Source: an uncultured bacterium (GTDB lineage: Bacteria > Bipolaricaulota > Bipolaricaulia > UBA7950 > UBA9294). From it: a stretch of 64,000 bases of DNA. Each line of letters opens with the position of its first letter. The stretch's first letter is position 1. The stretch is taken from positions 59,176 to 123,175 of the forward strand of contig CAIOGO010000022.1 of the NCBI GenBank assembly GCA_903857865.1, given 5' to 3'. Below are positions 1 to 7,809 of the stretch, piece by piece. The position numbers and the translations under genes are program-made. The notes below the pieces were generated by a model. It did not search any database and was not told the DNA's origin. It saw only the letters and a program-made list of their open reading frames with translations.

Positions 1-505
1 GGAGATCGAGGCGCAAACCGTCACGCTCATTGCGCCGTCTAAGTCGTTCAACATCGCGGGTCTGCACTCGGCCGTCGCCATCATCCCCAACAAGGAACTG
101 CGCGAGAAGGTCGTGCAAGCGAAGCGGGGCCTCGTCCCGAGCGTCAGCATCTTCGGCTATGTGGGTATGCTCGCCGCGTACCGCGACGGAGAGGAGTGGT
201 TCGCCGATGTCTTCGCCTACGTAGAGAAGAACCGCGACTTCGTGCGCGAGTTCGTTGCACGCGAGATGCCGGGAGTCGCCGTCAGCCCGATCGAGGGAAC
301 GTACCTCGCGTGGCTCGACTGCCGGGAAGCTGGATTGCATGGCGATCCGTACGAGTTCTTCCTCCGCGAGGCGCGCGTCGCGACCAATCCGGGTCCGATC
401 TTCGGTCCGCAGGGAGAGGGCTTCATCCGCCTCAATTTCGCTTGCCCGCGATCTACCCTGAGCGAAGGCCTGTCGCGCATGCGGGACGCGCTGCGACGTC
501 AGTGA
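1..505 (+). CDS. PLP-dependent aminotransferase / C-S lyase (MalY/PatB-like), C-terminal fragment; 5' end lies outside window
   Basis: ORF open to window start; C-terminal region (…GTYLAWLDCREAGLHGD…NPGPIFGPQGEGFIRLNFACPRSTLSEGLSRM) resembles class I/II aminotransferase C-S lyases. Confidence 0.55.
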   Translation, partial: EIEAQTVTLIAPSKSFNIAGLHSAVAIIPNKELREKVVQAKRGLVPSVSIFGYVGMLAAYRDGEEWFADVFAYVEKNRDFVREFVAREMPGVAVSPIEGTYLAWLDCREAGLHGDPYEFFLREARVATNPGPIFGPQGEGFIRLNFACPRSTLSEGLSRMRDALRRQ

Positions 506-592
506 CCTCTGCGCCGACAAAGGCGCCAACGCTCCTCCCGAATGAGATCGGGAGACAGACCCGATACAATCCGCCCTTTGGGAGCGAATGAC

Positions 593-1513
593 ATGACGCA
601 ACCTGTTCTCGAAGTGACATCGATTTCGAAGCAGTTCGAGTCCGTGCGCGCCGTGGACGGCGTCAGTTTCGATGTCGGCCGGGGAGAGATCCTCGGCTAC
701 CTCGGTCCGAACGGTGCCGGGAAGACGACGTCGATCCGCATGATCCTCGGGATCTTCCAGCCCGACGAGGGCGAGATCCGCATCCACATCGACGGCCACT
801 CCGGCCGTCTCCTGAAGGAGCGAACGGGCTATCTGCCCGAGGAGCGCGGCCTCTACGCCGACGCGACGGTCCTCGACGCGCTTGCCTACTTCGCCGAGCT
901 CAAAGGGATGCGGCGCGCGGATGCGCGCCAGCGCGTGATCCAGTGGCTCGGACGGCTCGATCTCCTCGACTGGCAGAACAAGAAGGTGGAGAAGCTGTCG
1001 AAGGGGATGCAGCAGAAGGTCCAGTTCATCGCTGCGGTAGCGCACAAGCCGGACCTCCTCGTCCTCGACGAGCCGTTCTCGGGACTCGATCCGGTCCACC
1101 AGGATCTCATGAAAGACGTCATCCGCGAGCTGCGGGATGGAGGCGCCGCGATCATGCTGTCGGCGCACCAGATGAATCAGGTGGAAGAACTGTGCGACCG
1201 CATCTTCCTCATCCACCATGGGCGCCGCGTCCTCTACGGAAGACTCGACGACATCAAGGCGGCGCACGGCGAGCACGTCGTCCGACTGCGTTTCGAAGGC
1301 ACCGCCGAGGGTCTGGCCAACCTGCCGGGAGTCGCGGAGCTCTCGATCCAGGGGGATCGCGCTTCGCTACGGCTCGAGCGAAATGCCTCTCCGGACGTAT
1401 TCGTTCGTTCGCTGCCTGCTGCGCTCACGATCCGCGAGATCGTGGTCACGCGGCCGCCGCTCCACGATATCTTCGTGCGCACGATCGGGAGGGAAGACAA
1501 TGAAGCTGCGTAG
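593..1513 (+). CDS. ABC transporter ATP-binding protein
   Basis: Walker A GPNGAGKTT, signature LSKGMQQKV, Walker B LLVLDEP; ATG at 593 in frame with the track ORF. Confidence 0.85.
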   Translation: MTQPVLEVTSISKQFESVRAVDGVSFDVGRGEILGYLGPNGAGKTTSIRMILGIFQPDEGEIRIHIDGHSGRLLKERTGYLPEERGLYADATVLDALAYFAELKGMRRADARQRVIQWLGRLDLLDWQNKKVEKLSKGMQQKVQFIAAVAHKPDLLVLDEPFSGLDPVHQDLMKDVIRELRDGGAAIMLSAHQMNQVEELCDRIFLIHHGRRVLYGRLDDIKAAHGEHVVRLRFEGTAEGLANLPGVAELSIQGDRASLRLERNASPDVFVRSLPAALTIREIVVTRPPLHDIFVRTIGREDNEAA

Positions 1514-2366
1514 CGTCATCTCCTGGGAGTTCCGCCACACGATCCGCAGCAAGCAGTTTCTCCTGCTGTCTCTCTTGATCCCGGCGATCGCGACGATTGC
1601 CATCGTCGTGGCCAGCTCCGCCGAAGGAGCCTCGCGCGCGATGGCGGAGCCGCCTCCGCCGTTCATCATTGCCTTGATCCTGGCGATGATCCTGTTCATG
1701 GGCGCGTTCCTGAACGGCGTCATGGCGCTCTACGGCGTGGTGAAGGAGAAGCAGAGCCGAGTCGTCGAGCTCGTCCTGTCGAGCATCTCGGCGCGCGAAA
1801 TGATGGCGGGGAAAGTCATCGGTCTCGGCATCGCCGGGCTTCTTCAGGTCGTCGTGTGGGTGATCGCCGCCTACTTCGTCGCGCGGCAGTTCATGCCCAT
1901 CTCGCTCGCTTCGCTGACGCTCGTGCACTGGATCACCTACCCGATCTACTTCGTCCTCGGGTACCTGCTCATTGCCTCGCTCTACGCTGCGGTGGGCGCG
2001 GTGATGAAAGACGTGCAGTCCGGCGGAGCGTCGAGCATGGTGGGACTGATTCCGTACCTGCCGATCATGTTCGTGGCGTACATCGTCGAACACCCCGACG
2101 CCGTCCTCGTCCGCATCGCCGGATTCATCCCGCCGTTCACGCCGTCGGTGATGATGCTGCGCATCGGCGCTGTCCCGCTCGTGTCCGAAGGGATGAGGCA
2201 AGTGCCGGCGTGGGAAATCGGGCTCAGCATCGTTTCGCTCGGCCTGGGCGTGTGGCTGACGATGCGCTTCGCCGCCCGGATCTTCGAGATCGGACTCCTC
2301 ATGTACGGGAAGACGCCGAGCCCCAGAGAACTCTGGAGATGGATGCGCGCGAAGCGCGCCCCGTAG
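1500..2366 (+). CDS. ABC-2 family transporter permease
   Basis: Start MKLRSVISWEF overlaps the ATPase stop by 14 bp; ~6 predicted TM helices; ABC-2 permease-like. Confidence 0.7.
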   Translation: MKLRSVISWEFRHTIRSKQFLLLSLLIPAIATIAIVVASSAEGASRAMAEPPPPFIIALILAMILFMGAFLNGVMALYGVVKEKQSRVVELVLSSISAREMMAGKVIGLGIAGLLQVVVWVIAAYFVARQFMPISLASLTLVHWITYPIYFVLGYLLIASLYAAVGAVMKDVQSGGASSMVGLIPYLPIMFVAYIVEHPDAVLVRIAGFIPPFTPSVMMLRIGAVPLVSEGMRQVPAWEIGLSIVSLGLGVWLTMRFAARIFEIGLLMYGKTPSPRELWRWMRAKRAP

Positions 2367-2367
2367 T

Positions 2368-3294
2368 CTAGGTCAGCTTGGGACCGCGCAAGCTCTCGAG
2401 CTTGGCGAGGAACCGCCGCGCGTCTTCCTCGCGGATCTGACTGCGGTTGAACGCCAGACGCCGGCCGTCCGGGAGCTCGATTCTGAGTTCCCCGTCGGTG
2501 AACGTCGCGTCGATCTCGTCGAGCCGGTGCTCCACGCCGATGCCGATGCCTCCGAAGCGGCGGGCCGCGTCGGCCCACTTCGGGAGATCGCGGGCGAGCC
2601 GCTCCACCATCTTACGTTTGAGGAACGCCGCGGGGCCCTTCTCGTTGGCTCCGGCGTCGAGCTTTGCTCGGACGGCATCGAGCGCCTCCTCGACCGGCTT
2701 TGCGAACTCGAGCACCAGTCGCTGGTCGTTCGTCAGAATGACATCCAGGCTGTCGTCCGGGAGCGAGAGCACGGCGGCTTCGTCACGCCAGACCACTTCG
2801 TACAGGCGGCTGCGTCCGATACCCTTGATCTTCTTCTCCCCGAGGTCGCGGAAGGCGAAGCCCGAGCTCGCGGAGGAGCGGTCGCGTATCTCCGGCGCGA
2901 CGACGATCTGACACGCTTTGGCCAGATCGGCGAGGCGCTTCGCCAAGTTCACCGAATGTCCGAACAGGTCGCCGCCGGTTCGGATCGCCGGACCCCATGT
3001 CAGGCCGAACCCGGCGCACAGCGATTCCTCGGGGTGTCCCTCGTTGTACTCGGACAGCGCCCGCTGAGCATCAATGACGCTCAGCACCGCCGCGGTCGAG
3101 TCGTCGAACGACATCATGATGCCGTCGCCATACGTCTTGAGCAGTCGGCCGCCGTGCTCGTCGAGCTCAGCGCGCACAACGGACGCGAAACGCTCGGCGA
3201 CTCGCAACGCCTCGCGATCGCCGCGCTCGGCCGTATAGGAAGTGAAGCCTCTCAGGTCGCCGAATCCAATCGCCAGGGGCTGTTCGTCCGCCAC
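2368..3294 (-). CDS. class III adenylate/guanylate cyclase domain protein with uncharacterised C-terminal domain
   Basis: N-terminal FGDLRGFT…KTYGDGIMMSF cyclase catalytic motifs; C-terminal ~150 aa unassigned. Confidence 0.65.
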   Translation of the reverse strand: MADEQPLAIGFGDLRGFTSYTAERGDREALRVAERFASVVRAELDEHGGRLLKTYGDGIMMSFDDSTAAVLSVIDAQRALSEYNEGHPEESLCAGFGLTWGPAIRTGGDLFGHSVNLAKRLADLAKACQIVVAPEIRDRSSASSGFAFRDLGEKKIKGIGRSRLYEVVWRDEAAVLSLPDDSLDVILTNDQRLVLEFAKPVEEALDAVRAKLDAGANEKGPAAFLKRKMVERLARDLPKWADAARRFGGIGIGVEHRLDEIDATFTDGELRIELPDGRRLAFNRSQIREEDARRFLAKLESLRGPKLT

Positions 3295-3388
3295 ACATCC
3301 TCCTTCGCCGCGCCGTAGATTCTAGCGCCCCTGTCGGGTGGCAGGAAGACGGCTGCCGGCCGCGGATCTGGGGAGCGCGGCCGGCGCA

Positions 3389-3541
3389 GCTAGGGAGAAC
3401 GGCGGCTCTGGCGGAGCCGCTAGGGAGAACAGGTCTTCAGACCTGTTCTCCTTCCCGTTGCCCGTTCTTCTGGGGGGGGCGTGCGACAGCGGCCGCCGCT
3501 CGCGCGGCGGCTTGGGAGAAGGGGCTACAAGCCCCTTCTCC
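3389..3541. repeat. cluster of three GGGAGAA(N)…TTCTCC hairpin repeats (gctagggagaac x2; gggagaacaggtc-ttca-gacctgttctcc; gggagaaggggct-acaa-gccccttctcc)
   Basis: Read directly in the intergenic sequence between 3294 and 3567; related copies at 30863-30945. Confidence 0.6.
3514..3541 (-). terminator. terminator-like GC-rich hairpin 26 nt downstream of the 3567 stop (no U-tract)
   Basis: Perfect 11-bp stem gggagaaggggct/agccccttctcc with a 4-nt loop. Confidence 0.3.
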
Positions 3542-3566
3542 TTGGATATTCTCGATGGATGGCCCG

Positions 3567-6500
3567 CTATCGGCGGATGAACAGCGTGCCCTTCCCGGAG
3601 AAGCGGCTCGTCCCCGCCGAGGCCGAGATGACATAGATGTAGGCCCCATTGGCGACAAGATCGCCGCGCTCCGATCGGCCGTCCCAGATGGCGGAGAGCG
3701 CATCCACAGCTTCACCCGACCACACGAGGTGACCCTGCAGGTCGTACACGGCCACCGTGAGGAGGTCCGCCAGACCTTGCCCAGCGAAGGCAAAGGCGAT
3801 GTCGCCCTCGGACGGGTTCGGGGTGGCGTAGAACCGATCTACGCGCAACTCGCCGGCGACCACCTTGATGCTCGCCGAACTCGCGTCGGTCGGGTCGGTC
3901 GGATCGACGTAGGACGCGGTGATGGTCTCGCCGGGCGCAGCCTGAAGGTCGAGTCCTACGGTGATGAACGATCCGGGAGCTGCTCCGGCCAGAGGAGCGA
4001 GGTCGTAAGCGACACCGTTGATGGTTACGGCGTCGTTGATCGTCCCCGCGCCGGCGAGCGTCAGGTCGTCGACGCGAACGTAGACGAACTCGCCCTCGAC
4101 GTACGCGGCGACGGGATTCCCGGTCGCGTCGACGAACGTCGTGGTCGACCGCCCGACGGGCTCGGCCCCACCGATGGAGACCTTGATCGAGATCCACGCG
4201 ACGTCCGAGTGGTTCGTCGGATCCTGGTAGGCGGCGAGGATCGTGTCGCCCGGCAGGACACCGAGAGACGGAGCGCACGGGTACTGGCTCACGAGGTCAA
4301 TGCAGGTCACGCTCACAAACTCGCCCGTGTCCGTCCCCGTTTCGAACAGGTCGAACGGCGCCCATCGTCCGTTCCGCGGGTTGAGCACGTAGAGCTTCGC
4401 CCACGTTCCGTTCCCGACGATGTTTGTGTCGCCCAACAGGTCGTTCACCAGGTGGGCGTCAACGTCGAGGTAGCCGCAATCGGGAGCGTGGTTCGCCGCC
4501 AGGTCCATCGGCCCCATCGGGATGTTCTGATGCCCGTCCCAGAATCCGGCCACACGCTCGCGGCGCTGTTGGTCCTCGTTCTGGTCGGGATCGATCACCT
4601 GCACGAACACGCAGTCGCTGTTGACGTACCCCGAGGCGGGGTTTCCTGAGCGGTCGAGGAACCGCATGTTGATCTCGTCCCCGTCGTAGACCTGCGTGTC
4701 GGCGACTTCGAATACGGCAAACGAGACGTCGTTGGCGACGCGCGCCGACGCGATGGCCGGCGGGAACGACGTCGCGGTGTCCTGATCGCCCAGTCCGGCC
4801 AGCGCCTCTTCAGCGTAGACCACGTCGTTGTACCGCGCGTAGATCGAATCCTCGTTGAACGCTTCGAGGTCCCAGTTGTCGAGTTGCAGGGAGTAGCCGC
4901 CATCCTGTCCCGGATCGCCGATTCCGAGCGCGTCCCACACGGGCGAGAGCGACAGTCCGGAGTTGGAGAAGAAGACGGGCGAGTTGCTCGACAGCTCGTC
5001 GAGGATGAGCCACTCGGTGTCGTCGATCTCGTGCGGGTCGCAGACTTGAGCGACAACCTGTTCCGGGCAGCACGCCTCGACGTTGGCGTTCGCGTCCACG
5101 ACCTCGACGTACACCGGGTCGCGGCCGATCCAGAAGACGTCTTGGCTATTGCGCGCGTAGTCCGTGAAGTGAAGGGTGCTGTGGTTTCGCTCCCCGATGT
5201 AGGCCGTCGCGAGCTTGAAGTCGTCTTGATCGTTCGGGTCGATGTAGTAGGCGACAAGCACGTCGCGCACGTTGAGTTCCGTGAATCCCAGATCGTGGAG
5301 AATGCTGTTGATTCGGAACTCGAAGACGCCGGTGTTCGCCCCCGTCTCGGTGGCGTAGAACATGATGCGGGTCACGCCGCCCGTCGTCGCCGTGGCGAAC
5401 GACACCGGCATCTTGTCGGCTTCCGTCGGATAGTGGACGTAGTACGTCCCATCGGCGTTTGGCTGACGGCTTCCGTCATTGCGGAGGTTGACGTCGGCCG
5501 TGGTGAGGCCGCTGTCGTAGATGTTGCACCACAAGAGGGCCTGATCGGCCGGCGTCCCGATCAGGTCGACGACACCCCCCCAGCGGTTGATGGCCCAGAA
5601 GTCACTGGCGCTGGTCGGCTTGGCAGGGGAGATCACTGACCCAGCGGCCCAATTCCACGATCCTGGGTTCACGAGGATGAACACGGGCACCATCTCGGCT
5701 TTGCCCGGATGAAGATTCTCATCCGGGTCGGTGATCGTCACCGTCGCCGCCTCGTTTCCATCGGGATACACCTCGCGTGACCAGGCGATCTCCGCTTCCG
5801 TGTCGAAGATCTTGGCGCGCGCCAGAGCCACGTCGCCAGGGTCGTTCTGATCGACGTAGAGTCCGACGAGCGTGTCCATGTTCTCGAATCGCCCGAGCAT
5901 GTAGTCCTTCAAGCGTGCCAGGGAGCTGCCGTTCGGCAGGTACGCGTCGCCTCCAGGGATGAACGAGGCGCGCGCATCCACGAATTGGAGCACCGCGTTG
6001 TCGAGTTGCAGGGAAACCGTCTGCGTGGGGATCGTCAGCGCGCTCACCCAGACACGGTCATCGCCTTCGTCGCCCGGGTCCACGGCGGTGTCGGCATAGA
6101 GGTAGCCGCCCCACTGGAAGTCGGTCGGCTCGACGGAGCCGGGTCCGCGGCCGTCGACCGGCCCGACGATGTGAGCGTAGTCGCGCCCATCGTGGGAGTA
6201 GTCCACGCGCGTTCCGATCTGGAACGGCCGCGCGCTCACGAAGAGGCCCGTCGATCGATTGGTCTCCTCGAGGTAGTCGGCTCCAAGCCACCCTGCCGAC
6301 GCACCGGGCCAGTGGCCCTTGTGCGGCGAGTAGTCCACATCGCCGAATTCCGCTTCGCCCACGCCGTCTTCATCGATGTCCGCGCCGGACCGGTCGATGT
6401 AGCTCTTCCACACGATGTGCGCACCCGTCTTGGCGTCGATCACCTTGATGTCCGTCCACACCTTGTCGCGCACGTCGCAGTCGATGTCCTCATCCGGATC

Positions 6501-6668
6501 GCGGACGACAATCCAGATGTGCTCTCCCTCCTGAATCCTCGACACCCGGGTCTCCCCGTTTTTGTCGGCGGAGAAGTAGAGCTCCGCTTCCGTTCCTGCG
6601 GCAGTGGCCGCCCAAAGGGACGCGAGGAGAAGCGCGGCCACGGGAATGGCGCATCTTGTTCGTTTCAT
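3567..6668 (-). CDS. large secreted cell-surface protein (~1033 aa) with signal peptide and C-terminal T9SS-type/FlgD-Ig-like sorting domain
   Basis: Start MKRTRCAIPVAALLLASLWAATAAG (signal peptide) at 6668, in frame with track ORF 3567..6989; C-terminus …FYATPNPSEGDIAFAF…VAVYDLQGHLVWSGEAVD…WDGRSERGDLVANGAYIYVISASAGTSRFSGKGTLFIRR matches the Por/T9SS C-terminal domain pattern; ATGA overlap with upstream gene. Confidence 0.7.
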   Translation of the reverse strand: MKRTRCAIPVAALLLASLWAATAAGTEAELYFSADKNGETRVSRIQEGEHIWIVVRDPDEDIDCDVRDKVWTDIKVIDAKTGAHIVWKSYIDRSGADIDEDGVGEAEFGDVDYSPHKGHWPGASAGWLGADYLEETNRSTGLFVSARPFQIGTRVDYSHDGRDYAHIVGPVDGRGPGSVEPTDFQWGGYLYADTAVDPGDEGDDRVWVSALTIPTQTVSLQLDNAVLQFVDARASFIPGGDAYLPNGSSLARLKDYMLGRFENMDTLVGLYVDQNDPGDVALARAKIFDTEAEIAWSREVYPDGNEAATVTITDPDENLHPGKAEMVPVFILVNPGSWNWAAGSVISPAKPTSASDFWAINRWGGVVDLIGTPADQALLWCNIYDSGLTTADVNLRNDGSRQPNADGTYYVHYPTEADKMPVSFATATTGGVTRIMFYATETGANTGVFEFRINSILHDLGFTELNVRDVLVAYYIDPNDQDDFKLATAYIGERNHSTLHFTDYARNSQDVFWIGRDPVYVEVVDANANVEACCPEQVVAQVCDPHEIDDTEWLILDELSSNSPVFFSNSGLSLSPVWDALGIGDPGQDGGYSLQLDNWDLEAFNEDSIYARYNDVVYAEEALAGLGDQDTATSFPPAIASARVANDVSFAVFEVADTQVYDGDEINMRFLDRSGNPASGYVNSDCVFVQVIDPDQNEDQQRRERVAGFWDGHQNIPMGPMDLAANHAPDCGYLDVDAHLVNDLLGDTNIVGNGTWAKLYVLNPRNGRWAPFDLFETGTDTGEFVSVTCIDLVSQYPCAPSLGVLPGDTILAAYQDPTNHSDVAWISIKVSIGGAEPVGRSTTTFVDATGNPVAAYVEGEFVYVRVDDLTLAGAGTINDAVTINGVAYDLAPLAGAAPGSFITVGLDLQAAPGETITASYVDPTDPTDASSASIKVVAGELRVDRFYATPNPSEGDIAFAFAGQGLADLLTVAVYDLQGHLVWSGEAVDALSAIWDGRSERGDLVANGAYIYVISASAGTSRFSGKGTLFIRR

Positions 6669-7294
6669 TCGGTCCTTCCTTCCCTGGGTGTCCAAGCGAT
6701 GGCTCCCTCGGTCCCTGCGGCTCGCTGGGGCCGCAGGACGTTGCCTGGCGCGGAGGCCTGGAGTGCCGCGAACGCGCGTCTCCATGCCCCGATCGTGAAG
6801 GCCAGCCAGATGACGATGGGCGACGCCTCCCACAGCAGGCGAACCGCCAGTTGGGCGATCTCCCGCGTGCCTCCCGCGGTGAGTCCGGCGGCGCTGTACG
6901 ACAGCTCGACGGAGACGACCACGTAGAGGACGTGGAGGGCGAACAGCGCGGCGACACCGCCCGCCGCCAACGCCACGCGGCGCCCCCATCGGAGGTTGGG
7001 CGTCGCGAGGAACAGGGCGAGGAGCGGAACCACAGCGAAAAACGCGTATCGATCAAAGAACATGAACGGCGCGACGCGATCCTGACCGACGCGGCGGTAG
7101 GCCCAGACCGTGTCGCCCTGCGGGCTCACGACCGTCACATCGTCGCGCTCGACCCACCGGAATGCGGGCTGAGCGACGGCCGAGACCGCCGTGCCGTAAC
7201 GAGGGGCGACGAACGTCCAGACGGCGACAAGGACGGCGAGGGCGACGACGAAGACGAGCGCGAAGCGCCCCACGAGTCGGAGGGAAGCTCTCAT
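6665..7294 (-). CDS. small polytopic membrane protein (1 TM + ~55-aa loop + 3 TM), exosortase-associated
   Basis: Start MRASLRLVGRFALVFVVALAV at 7294 with AAGGAGG RBS; 4-bp ATGA overlaps at both ends (7291-7294 and 6665-6668). Confidence 0.55.
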   Translation of the reverse strand: MRASLRLVGRFALVFVVALAVLVAVWTFVAPRYGTAVSAVAQPAFRWVERDDVTVVSPQGDTVWAYRRVGQDRVAPFMFFDRYAFFAVVPLLALFLATPNLRWGRRVALAAGGVAALFALHVLYVVVSVELSYSAAGLTAGGTREIAQLAVRLLWEASPIVIWLAFTIGAWRRAFAALQASAPGNVLRPQRAAGTEGAIAWTPREGRTE

Positions 7295-7809
7295 GTGGCC
7301 CTCCTTGTCTGGGATCCTGCGCGTCCCGCCCACAGGAGCCACAACGAGACGGCGATCGCGATCACGAGCGATTGCCACACCAACTGGTGCACAAGCTCGA
7401 GCGCCGTTCGCCAGTACCTGCCGACGTAGTACAGCGAGGCGAGACGTACGACGTTGACAAGGAACAAGCCGACGAGGCCGACGCCGGTGCCAACGAGGCG
7501 CGCCCGCCACGATGTCGGGAACGCGACCACGGCGGCGAGGAAGAGGCCGGTGACGAAGAGCCCCGTGCACGCCGTGACAACCGAGATTCCGAACTCGTGT
7601 GACAGGATGTCCGTGCCCTGCGCAACGGTGTGGTTTCCGAGGACGTTGAGCACGGCGCTCGTCACGACCGCAAACGCGCGGCGAACAACGGCGGTCGCTG
7701 CGTCGTTCGACAAGACGAGAACGAGCGCTCCGAGCACGGCGCCGGCGCCGAGCGCCGAGGCGGCGGCGCGACGCCATGCGGGAACGTGTCGGTCCTCGCG
7801 CCGGCTCAC
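7291..7809 (-). CDS. minimal exosortase/archaeosortase-family protein (~172 aa), candidate IPTL-CTERM (XrtH-like) sorting enzyme
   Basis: Five TM helices; LGNHTVAQGTDILSHEFGISVVTACTGLFVTGLFLAAVVAF resembles the exosortase catalytic-Cys block (…V.eaCSG.rs…); downstream WRAR…LFLVNVVRLASLYYVG resembles the conserved Arg and N-x-x-R blocks; GTG start at 7809 gives a GTGA overlap with the upstream stop (the track ORF extends further, to 7971). Confidence 0.6.
   Translation of the reverse strand: MSRREDRHVPAWRRAAASALGAGAVLGALVLVLSNDAATAVVRRAFAVVTSAVLNVLGNHTVAQGTDILSHEFGISVVTACTGLFVTGLFLAAVVAFPTSWRARLVGTGVGLVGLFLVNVVRLASLYYVGRYWRTALELVHQLVWQSLVIAIAVSLWLLWAGRAGSQTRRAT

Noticed and set aside
1446-2201. 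251-aa minus-strand ORF overlapping the ABC-2 permease gene
   Set aside because: Antisense artefact of high GC (His/Arg/Asp-rich, no motifs); the plus-strand permease fits the operon with the ATPase.
3338-3580. Possible CRISPR array or coding ORF in the repeat-rich spacer between the cyclase gene and the large secreted gene
   Set aside because: Only two or three non-identical units, each an internal palindrome, with no regular repeat-spacer periodicity. The 80-aa ORF is low-complexity, Gly/Ala-rich and lies antisense to hairpins. Called as REP-like repeats instead.
3555-6926. Long plus-strand ORFs (3555..4649, 4884..5639, 5985..6926) antisense to the 1033-aa secreted protein gene
   Set aside because: High-GC antisense artefacts (Arg/Gly/Val-rich, no RBS, no domains); the minus-strand gene has a signal peptide and a recognisable C-terminal domain.
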